A DNA stretch of 64,000 nucleotides from assembly GCA_017517765.1 (NCBI GenBank), contig JAFWYE010000008.1, positions 120 through 64,119 on the forward strand. The letters run 5' to 3'. Origin of the DNA: Bacilli bacterium (GTDB lineage: Bacteria; Bacillota_I; Bacilli_A; RFN20; DUOF01). This document shows positions 56,673 through 64,000 of the stretch, in pieces (position 1 is the first letter of the stretch; the number at the start of each line of letters is the position of its first letter). The position numbers and the translations under genes are program-made. The notes under the pieces are model-generated. The model did not search any database. It was not told the origin of the DNA and saw nothing but the letters and a program-made list of their open reading frames with translations.

Positions 56673-58672
56673 TCTTCCACCTCACAATCTATAAATATAG
56701 TTTCTTCGGATTGAACTACATCAAGCACTCTATACACAAATAAGTCACCATTAATAAGTTCTGGATTTTGCCAAGAAGCCTCATCAAATTCTATTGATGC
56801 AGTAATTTCACTATTACAGCTAATATTTGCTTCTATATAAATTGGATGAATTAACTCTATTAACGCTTGACAATCTATGCAATCGATAGTTTCATTTATC
56901 GTCATTGTTTCACTTGCATCCTTTAAATTTACAAGTGCATCTACTGTATTCAAATAATCCGCATCAATAGATAACGATGCAAATAAAAAGCAAAGTATAG
57001 TTGCATTAGAAATAAAGGATTCACTAACTGAAGAAACACAAACATCACCCTCATAGTAAATATTCTTCATAAGCGATTCTATTTCATCCCTTATAAAGAC
57101 AGTAGCTGATGATGAGTTCATAGCACTATAAATCTCTAAAGGTCGACTTATTCTTATATTCAAATTGTGATCACTTCGATGACTAATTCGAGTCGCAATT
57201 CCCTTATTTGCACTTGATACAACATCAAAAATATGACTTACTTTAGATCCAGTATTTACAGCAACAGGAACATGAAGTTCTGGTTCTATAATTTCTAAAG
57301 AACTCTCACTTCCACCTTCAATAGAAGTTGTTTCGCAAATTGTCATTACTGCGTTATCAATCAAATCACTATATTGATTACTACCACTCATTCCAATACT
57401 TCCTATTCTATCAGCAGTTCCTTCAATATTATGGTTTATTAAAACAGGATCAGGATTTAGCGATCCACATATACCACTAAACACACTTGAATCTATTTTA
57501 AATATAATTTCTTCATGTTTATTCATAGCACCAGCAACACAAGGAGTAGCAGTTGTCCTAATTAACCTTAAAGTTCCCATTGTAGATGAAAACATATCCG
57601 ATCCTGTGATCAGTTCTGCAAAAGCCGTAATATCAACTTTATAAGTTTGCTCTACATTTAATAATTGTTGAACTATTGGAATAAGCACTGCATCATTGGA
57701 TGATTCTAGCAAGCAGTCTATTCTTGCATCGATTGGATCAAGTGTGTCTATTCGCCCTAAAGTAGCAGATTGAATTGTCGCACTTAATAATGCATCCATA
57801 TAAAGTCCAAATGAAATTGCCCCTGTTTCTTCACTAACTGATTTACTTATTGCTTCCATTACTGCTTTTCTAGTAAATGTTAATTGCGCTTCTACTGGTG
57901 CCGTTCCATATAAATAAATATGAAGGTTTTTATATAACTCTTCTAAATTCATAACCGCATCAGCATAAGTGTAAGAAATTGTGTGTGTATTCATAGTATC
58001 AGTAGCATCCCTTAATTCAATAATGGCTTCCTCACTTTTACTAAACACTTCATTAATTTCTAATGGGAATGGATCCTGGTATTCTAACAAAGCATCCTCA
58101 ACTTGAACTGGTTTAGAGGTTCCAGTAATTTCTCTTGGATATTGAAATGATAGAACCCCTTTTACACTAAATAAATCCATCGAATATAAAGTAGTAATAT
58201 TTTTATAATTCGCATCACCTTTTAATGTTGTAATCATCAAATTTAATTTTCGTGCTAATTCAACAAAATAAACACCATATACAGTATCAGGATCTTGATA
58301 CCATGAAACATCCCTAACTCCTTTAAAATCGTCCCTTCCAACATAACCAATAAAACCTTCATCATACGACCATCGCCATGTTGATCCTACACAACACTCT
58401 ATGTTATACCTTACTGCATTAAATTTTCTCGCAGTTAATTCTGGATATTTTCCTTCTAATTTAGTCAAATAATAACTTCCAAATTTATCATTCCATTCTG
58501 CCCCTATTGCATCTAATACTTCCTTAACTTTATCTACTAGTGCATTCCACACCGTTATTTTAAATTCCGAGCAAAAGCCACCTTTCGTGATAGCTTCATA
58601 TGCCCTTCTAGTATCTTCATCCTTTTCCCAATCCCAAGGTTCAAAAGAACTGGGAAGGTTCATTTCTTTCAT
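56669..58672 (-). CDS. Phage minor structural (tail) protein
   Basis: 667 aa, acidic, between the Dit/Tal-like gene and the fibre genes. Confidence 0.45.
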   Translation of the reverse strand: MKEMNLPSSFEPWDWEKDEDTRRAYEAITKGGFCSEFKITVWNALVDKVKEVLDAIGAEWNDKFGSYYLTKLEGKYPELTARKFNAVRYNIECCVGSTWRWSYDEGFIGYVGRDDFKGVRDVSWYQDPDTVYGVYFVELARKLNLMITTLKGDANYKNITTLYSMDLFSVKGVLSFQYPREITGTSKPVQVEDALLEYQDPFPLEINEVFSKSEEAIIELRDATDTMNTHTISYTYADAVMNLEELYKNLHIYLYGTAPVEAQLTFTRKAVMEAISKSVSEETGAISFGLYMDALLSATIQSATLGRIDTLDPIDARIDCLLESSNDAVLIPIVQQLLNVEQTYKVDITAFAELITGSDMFSSTMGTLRLIRTTATPCVAGAMNKHEEIIFKIDSSVFSGICGSLNPDPVLINHNIEGTADRIGSIGMSGSNQYSDLIDNAVMTICETTSIEGGSESSLEIIEPELHVPVAVNTGSKVSHIFDVVSSANKGIATRISHRSDHNLNIRISRPLEIYSAMNSSSATVFIRDEIESLMKNIYYEGDVCVSSVSESFISNATILCFLFASLSIDADYLNTVDALVNLKDASETMTINETIDCIDCQALIELIHPIYIEANISCNSEITASIEFDEASWQNPELINGDLFVYRVLDVVQSEETIFIDCEVEE

Positions 58673-58675
58673 ATA

Positions 58676-60109
58676 CTAACCAAATTTTGCTATGGCTGCA
58701 CCTGTGTAAATATTATTCATTTCTGTATCTTTCACAACATAGGCAGTATTATCACTAAATCTAAAGAAAATTCCGTTATAACCCTTTTGAGGTTCAAAGT
58801 TACCACTTTCATCAGCAGGGTCTGAGTTTCCTATCCATAAACCATCAGTAAATTTTTTAACTAGACCAAAGTCTGTGTATTCGCCACTTCCTGAACCTAA
58901 TTGTATAAAAGGATAATCCTCTCCATCAGTGGTATATCCTAATCGAATTTTTAAATCATTTTCACTATTGAAAACCTCATATCCGCCACCCGTCATTTGC
59001 GAATACCCTTCTAATACACCATTATTTCCAGCATAATACTTACCGCCATAAATTGTAGATGCTCCATTAATATAAACATTTCCTAAAGAATCAACTTTGA
59101 AATTATCATTGATATTAATAGTCCCACCATCAATTGTTACAGATCCTGCAAACCTATAATTACCTGTTTCCGGATCAAAATATAATCTATCTTGAAATAT
59201 ACCTTCATGATCCTTTGACTGCATTCTAAATTCTTCAGAATTCATAATCACTTTAGCATTGTCATCATTTCTAGTAATTGTAAGACCATCATTAGAAGAA
59301 ATTTTAACACCAAAATAGGCTTTATCTTTAGAAACAACTTCTGTCCTAATAGCCACTAAATCGTTTTCTAAAGTTTCATCATTTCTACCTACTTGAATAT
59401 CATAATCCTTACTATTAAATGGCTTTCGTTTTATACCTATTAACCTTACATACTCATCTATGCCAAGTCTAGTAAACTTTAAATGTAATTGATCACCAAG
59501 AGTTAATTTAGTTGTAGGTCTAATTGTAATTGAATAACTAGGGTTTTCTTCTGTTGCTTTTAAAGTTGAACTAATTGAAACAACATTATTATCTATGACT
59601 TCAATAGGAGTTTCACTTCCTTTATGTTTAAAGAAGGATACATAATATCCTTTAAATTCCACATCACATTCTAATGTAGAAGCTAAATTAAAAAGGATAC
59701 TTCTAATTGTGCTTTGTTGCTGAATAGAAATGGTGCATTCGCCATCTACATCAGTTGTTCCTACAATAAAGTTAGTATCCCTTAAAATTTCTGTTAGTAA
59801 TTCTCTAGAGGTTCCAGTCATAGTAAATGCTTCTTTAGAAATATCACTTAATCTATATGAAATATGCTCACAAGTGAACTTGATTTTATACATTCCACCT
59901 GATAGTGATTTTTGAATAGAAACAACATCATAATAATCAGTATTATATAGAACCATGTAATCCTTGCCACTTACTAATGTTAGTAATTCATCAGTTATTA
60001 AAGTTTCAAAATTCATTTTCAATACTCCATCTAACCTTTCTTCAATATCACAAGTTAGAATTTTGTCAATATTTGTAATGTAAATCCCTGATTTGGTAAA
60101 TATTTCCAT
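58676..60109 (-). CDS. Phage distal tail / tail-tip protein (Dit/Tal-like)
   Basis: 477 aa, first gene after the tape measure, the canonical position of Dit/Tal. Confidence 0.5.
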   Translation of the reverse strand: MEIFTKSGIYITNIDKILTCDIEERLDGVLKMNFETLITDELLTLVSGKDYMVLYNTDYYDVVSIQKSLSGGMYKIKFTCEHISYRLSDISKEAFTMTGTSRELLTEILRDTNFIVGTTDVDGECTISIQQQSTIRSILFNLASTLECDVEFKGYYVSFFKHKGSETPIEVIDNNVVSISSTLKATEENPSYSITIRPTTKLTLGDQLHLKFTRLGIDEYVRLIGIKRKPFNSKDYDIQVGRNDETLENDLVAIRTEVVSKDKAYFGVKISSNDGLTITRNDDNAKVIMNSEEFRMQSKDHEGIFQDRLYFDPETGNYRFAGSVTIDGGTININDNFKVDSLGNVYINGASTIYGGKYYAGNNGVLEGYSQMTGGGYEVFNSENDLKIRLGYTTDGEDYPFIQLGSGSGEYTDFGLVKKFTDGLWIGNSDPADESGNFEPQKGYNGIFFRFSDNTAYVVKDTEMNNIYTGAAIAKFG

Positions 60110-60112
60110 TGA

Positions 60113-62758
60113 TTACACCCCCATTGCTCGTTTCAAAGAAGCATTATTTATACTTTGAAATTTACTGGTCGACTTAGTAATTAGCTCACCATCTAAATAT
60201 AATGGAACACTCACTTGAATAGGTTGTTGATAACTTTCAATTTGATAAGGAGCTCCAATATTAAAATCTCGACTTACAGCACTAGTGTCTAATACTAGAT
60301 TTTGAATAGCTTTGTTTAAACTACCTACGCTATCATCCACATTAGTTTCAATTTTTATTTTTGGATTTGCAGCTATACCATTAACTATATCGTTGATATT
60401 ATTCGACAATTCTTGAACTGCTTTATCCGCAGAATCATCCTCATCTATTCCTCCTGCCAATCCTTCAACAAGCATATTTCCTACCCATTTTAATTTTCTA
60501 GATGGAGAGTGAATACCAAAGAAATCTAATATTCCATTCCACAAGTTTGAACACCAATCAGAAACCTTATCCCATAACCAATCCTTTAATGTTTGTATTC
60601 CTTCCCAAAGTCCCTTAACCATATTTTTACCAACATCAATCATTTTTGATCCTATATTCCCAAATGCACTTACTATACTTTTTATAATTTCTGGAATATT
60701 TTTAACTATTCCCTCTATTATAGCTGGCATATTTGAAACTATGGCTGTAAACAATAGTATTCCTGCCTCTATAACTTCGTCTAAATTATCTATTAAAGCA
60801 TTACATATACTTGAAATTATATCTGGGATGCACTGGATAATTGTAGAAATAATTAACGGAAGGTTATCTATTAAACTTATAAATAGTTGAACTCCTGCAT
60901 TTATTAGTTCAGGAATTGCCCCTAAAACTGCCGTTATAACGCCATTTATGATTTGTGGGATAACTGCAACAATAGCACCAATTATCTCTGGCAAAGCATG
61001 AACCAACGATGTTAACAAAGTAATTCCTGCAGCTATTATTTGAGGGACTGCATTCAAAAGAAAATTAACTAAAGAATTGATGATTTTTGGCAATGCCTCT
61101 ATTAATACTGGTATGGCTTGTATAATTCCTTCAGCTAATCCTAAAATCAACTGAAGTGCTACATCTAATAACATAGGTAAGTTATCTAACAAATTTTGAC
61201 AAATCTCTACAATAACTAAGGTAATCATAGGAATCAACACTGGTAAAGCCTCTATTAAACCATTACCTAATGCAACAATCACTTCAACTGCAGCACTCAC
61301 TATTTGAGGTAGATTAGAGATAATTCCCTTAACTAAAGTCATTAATATTTGAGTCGTGCTTTTTGCTAATTGAGGAAATCCTTTTGTTAAATTTTTAACA
61401 ATTAAACTTATTATTTTACCTGTAGATTCAATTAAAGTATCCATATTATCCACAATAGCATTCCCCATTGAATCAACAATAGAAGAAACTATATCAATTA
61501 GTCTTGGTATATTTTTAATTGCTGAATCTAGTATTGTTTTTAATATAGAAGTAAATACCTCTCCTATTTTTGAAACATCACCATTCGCATTTTTTATTCC
61601 ATTTGTAAATTGCGAAATCAAGGAAACGCCATCAGTTGCTAATTCGGTAAGAATTGGAAGCAACACACTTCCTAAAGCATTTTTAGCAGCAGTGCAACTA
61701 TTACGTAAATATTGTAACTGATCATCAAATGCCCCATAGGATTTTAAAAGATCACCTGATAAAACATAGCCTGACTCGTGTGCTTGTTCTGCTAGTTCAG
61801 CCATACGATCTGCTCCTGCAGTAATTAAAGGATTTAGATCCTGTGCTGATCTACCAAGTAAAGTCATCGCGTAAGCATCTCGCTCTGTTTCATTTTCCAA
61901 ATTAGATAAAGCATCAATCAATTCCCAATAAACTGTATCACTATCTCTCATATTACCATCGGCATCAAGAATTGCAACTCCCAACTTTTCATATGCTTCC
62001 ATATAATTTTTACTTCCATCAGTAGCGCTTTTCATTGACTTGATTTGTTTAGCCATAGAGCCAGTCAAGGTTTCTAGGGAAACATCGACAAGTTCTGCAG
62101 CATACTTATACTCTTGCAATTTATCAGTTGCGATTCCAGTTACGGTGCTTTGAGTTAAAATATCATCCGCGTAACTCGCACCTTCCTTTGCCATATTTAC
62201 TAATGCTTTACCTGCGGAAATTGCTGCAGCACTTACCGCTGCAAATGCAGCAGTCATTGTCGCTCCTACTGCCTTACACACACTTCCTAAACCACTGAAT
62301 TTTGATGAGGAATCATCAGCTTGTTTTCCAGCATCCTCTACTTCATCACCAAATTCATCAACTTTCTTTTCTGCATCATCAAACTCTTTTCCCGCATCAT
62401 TTAAACTAGCATTATTTGAGGCGAGTTCCTTCTGCATTTTATTAAGTTCAGCTTGAGCATTATTTAATTGAACTTGCCAGTTCTTTGTTCTTTTATCAGT
62501 TTCGCCAAAAGACTCACTGGCATTGTTTAACGCTGATTTTAATGTTTCTATTTTTTCCTTTTGAGCTTCAATAGACTTATTTAAAACCTCATTTCTAGCA
62601 GTTAAAGCCTCTTGCGATTTGTCCTGTGAACTGAACTGGCTCTCAACTAATTTCATTTCTGAGCCTAATACTTTGAAGGTTTGTGTAATTTCTGCAATCT
62701 GCGATTTAAATTGTTTCTCTCCTTCTAGTCCTATTTTTAAACCAAAATTATCAGCCAT
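60113..62758 (-). CDS. Phage tail tape measure protein
   Basis: 881 aa. N-terminal coiled coil (QKEKIETLKSALNNASE...), TM-like GLGSVCKAVGATMTAAFAAVSAAAISAG, and a long hydrophobic periodic region with recurring (N/A)(L/I)P..I(I/V) units. AGGAGGTGA RBS. Confidence 0.9.
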   Translation of the reverse strand: MADNFGLKIGLEGEKQFKSQIAEITQTFKVLGSEMKLVESQFSSQDKSQEALTARNEVLNKSIEAQKEKIETLKSALNNASESFGETDKRTKNWQVQLNNAQAELNKMQKELASNNASLNDAGKEFDDAEKKVDEFGDEVEDAGKQADDSSSKFSGLGSVCKAVGATMTAAFAAVSAAAISAGKALVNMAKEGASYADDILTQSTVTGIATDKLQEYKYAAELVDVSLETLTGSMAKQIKSMKSATDGSKNYMEAYEKLGVAILDADGNMRDSDTVYWELIDALSNLENETERDAYAMTLLGRSAQDLNPLITAGADRMAELAEQAHESGYVLSGDLLKSYGAFDDQLQYLRNSCTAAKNALGSVLLPILTELATDGVSLISQFTNGIKNANGDVSKIGEVFTSILKTILDSAIKNIPRLIDIVSSIVDSMGNAIVDNMDTLIESTGKIISLIVKNLTKGFPQLAKSTTQILMTLVKGIISNLPQIVSAAVEVIVALGNGLIEALPVLIPMITLVIVEICQNLLDNLPMLLDVALQLILGLAEGIIQAIPVLIEALPKIINSLVNFLLNAVPQIIAAGITLLTSLVHALPEIIGAIVAVIPQIINGVITAVLGAIPELINAGVQLFISLIDNLPLIISTIIQCIPDIISSICNALIDNLDEVIEAGILLFTAIVSNMPAIIEGIVKNIPEIIKSIVSAFGNIGSKMIDVGKNMVKGLWEGIQTLKDWLWDKVSDWCSNLWNGILDFFGIHSPSRKLKWVGNMLVEGLAGGIDEDDSADKAVQELSNNINDIVNGIAANPKIKIETNVDDSVGSLNKAIQNLVLDTSAVSRDFNIGAPYQIESYQQPIQVSVPLYLDGELITKSTSKFQSINNASLKRAMGV

Positions 62759-62771
62759 TTACACTCACCTC

Positions 62772-63343
62772 CTAAAATCCATCTGGGATAATATCATCAA
62801 TAAAATGCTCCACCTTCGGTTTGGTTATCCCATTAAATTGTTTATGACATTCCCATAAATCAAGTAAAAGTCCAAATGGCATAAACCATACTTCATCTTG
62901 GCTTAAATGCAAATGGACTATTCCATAATATAAAAGACGAGTAAACAACTCATCGTCATCTACTCGCCCACCACGTTTTTTGAGTTTTCTTCACTCACTA
63001 CATTTCTTTTTGTTCCTTTTAACAAACTTTCCGTTATAGCTTCCTTAAAATGAGCTAATTCATTCGGAGTAGTGAATAACTCTACTATTTCTTCAGTTAA
63101 TAATTCCTTTTGATTTTCTTTATTTTTGAAGTTATAAATCAATATTGGTTGATTTGCTAGGATAGTTATTAACCATATTACTTCTACTAAAGCAGTTTCT
63201 ATATCCTCATTCTTTAGAAGTTTATCTCCTAATTTATCTAAACCACCATATCGTTTGGCGATTTCTTTAGTGGCTCTCGTTGTTAAAAGTAATTCATATT
63301 CTTCATCACCTATTTTGATGAAGGTGCTTCTATCGTTTGCCAT
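62772..63343 (-). CDS. Tail assembly chaperone G-T fusion made by programmed -1 frameshift
   Basis: The zero frame reads tcA AAA AAC (slippery heptamer A_AAA_AAC at 62975..62981, minus strand). The -1 frame stays open for 67 codons (RGGRVDDDELFTRLLYYGIVHLHLSQDEVWFMPFGLLLDLWECHKQFNGITKPKVEHFIDDIIPDGF) and stops at TAG 62774..62772, just before the tape-measure RBS. Confidence 0.75.
62960..63343 (-). CDS. Tail assembly chaperone (G)
   Basis: 127 aa between the major tail and tape measure genes. Contains the slippery site near its 3' end. Confidence 0.8.
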   Translation of the reverse strand: MANDRSTFIKIGDEEYELLLTTRATKEIAKRYGGLDKLGDKLLKNEDIETALVEVIWLITILANQPILIYNFKNKENQKELLTEEIVELFTTPNELAHFKEAITESLLKGTKRNVVSEENSKNVVGE

Positions 63344-63939
63344 TATTCTTCGCCTCCTTCATCAGTTGTATAGGTTGGTTCATAAACTGAATTATACCAA
63401 TCATCAACAACCGACTTATTAGTATCAGTTTCTGTAACTTCCGCCTTCCAAGGATGGATTCCTTTTGAATCTACTTTGTTTCTTCTCATGATTGTTCCTT
63501 CTATTGTAGGAGTTGAGAATGAAATACTATCACCCTTTGTTGCTAGGTTTGTTGCAGGAACACCAAATAGAACTCTATATAACCAATAATACTTATATTT
63601 TCCATTTGATTTTTTTGCTCTAAAACCAATTGCTACAGGTTTCGCTTTGTCTTCACTACCAGAAACCAACACACCATTTTTATCTAATGTTGCACCAATT
63701 AATTTTGCTGCAATTTGATGCCCTATATCATCTACCCCAAGAGATATAGTTCCACCTTTAAATTCTTTTACTACTTCTGACTGACCATCATCGGCATATA
63801 GAGTTGCCTCATTTAATTCAATAGATAAATCAGCAGAGATCGCTTTAGCAAATACAGTTGGTGTTGCATAGGTTTCATTACCTTGCTCATCCTCTGTAAT
63901 TTCTGCCAAATGAAGTTTATCAAGACCAATCGTTGCCAT
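63343..63939 (-). CDS. Phage major tail protein (phi13 family-like)
   Basis: MATIGLDKLHLAEITEDEQGNETYATP N-terminus is typical of phi13-type major tail proteins; 198 aa. The stop overlaps the chaperone ATG by 1 nt. Confidence 0.75.
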   Translation of the reverse strand: MATIGLDKLHLAEITEDEQGNETYATPTVFAKAISADLSIELNEATLYADDGQSEVVKEFKGGTISLGVDDIGHQIAAKLIGATLDKNGVLVSGSEDKAKPVAIGFRAKKSNGKYKYYWLYRVLFGVPATNLATKGDSISFSTPTIEGTIMRRNKVDSKGIHPWKAEVTETDTNKSVVDDWYNSVYEPTYTTDEGGEE

Positions 63940-63941
63940 TT

Positions 63942-64000
63942 TTATTCCTCCTCTACTTCATAGTCTTTTGCGACATCAATCGTGAAATGATGGTAACCAG
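63942..64000 (-). CDS. 3' end of an upstream phage head-tail gene (partial, runs off the right edge)
   Basis: Only one minus frame is open to the window edge (...GYHHFTIDVAKDYEVEEE, stop TAA at 63944..63942). The GAGGAGG inside its end serves as the RBS for the major tail gene. Confidence 0.4.
   Translation of the reverse strand, partial: GYHHFTIDVAKDYEVEEE

Larger units (their letters stand above)
52764..64000 (-). mobile_element. Late (lysis + tail) region of a siphovirus-type prophage, continuing beyond the right edge
   Basis: Collinear minus-strand order: major tail - G/G-T chaperone - tape measure - distal tail/tail fibre genes - small membrane proteins - holin. Confidence 0.85.

Overview
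Visibly AT-rich, low-GC Firmicutes (Clostridia-like) DNA. Nearly every credible gene is on the minus strand. (i) 1-10.9 kb: an edge-truncated secreted Ig-repeat surface protein (missing from the ORF track), Nudix hydrolase, ArsB/NhaD-type permease, HAD-like protein, membrane proteins, an HExxH protein, and HD and UDG-family genes. (ii) 11-22 kb, an accessory block: RhuM-Doc/Fic fusion, GpsA-like dehydrogenase, YhcG (DUF1016) nuclease, and a ~1,916-aa DUF4011/Upf1-like SF1 helicase + Vsr-like nuclease + DUF3320 protein (Hhe-like) translationally coupled to a coiled-coil/GIY-YIG-like partner. Two copies of a ~170-bp upstream element bracket this block. (iii) 26.4-46.1 kb, a dense defence island. 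It holds a type II-A CRISPR-Cas locus (10 x 36-bp repeats, 9 x 30-bp spacers; csn2-cas2-cas1-tracrRNA-cas9 with a compact SaCas9-like Cas9), a Lamassu-type lmuA-lmuC-lmuB operon, an orphan 544-aa polytopic membrane protein and a DUF262-HNH type IV-like nuclease. It also holds a convergent T5orf172 (GIY-YIG-like)/HTH-fused N6A methyltransferase pair, an MmeI-like type IIL enzyme, and a field of eight 21-23-bp-phased ACTAGCACCC iterons. (iv) 46.2-52.6 kb: YolD-like + Y-family polymerase, an SseB-like gene, two tandem large serine recombinases and an HTH/zinc-ribbon gene, flanked by phased TCACAG repeats and a perfect palindrome. (v) 52.7-64 kb: late region of a siphovirus-type prophage, with a holin cassette lacking an endolysin, tail fibre genes, tape measure, a G/G-T chaperone with an A_AAA_AAC -1 frameshift site, and a phi13-type major tail protein. 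The best candidates for something not yet described are the 544-aa membrane protein between Lamassu and the type IV nuclease, the helicase-nuclease + GIY-YIG-like two-gene module, the T5orf172/HTH-methylase pair, and the iteron field. All family assignments come from motif recognition by eye; no searches were run.
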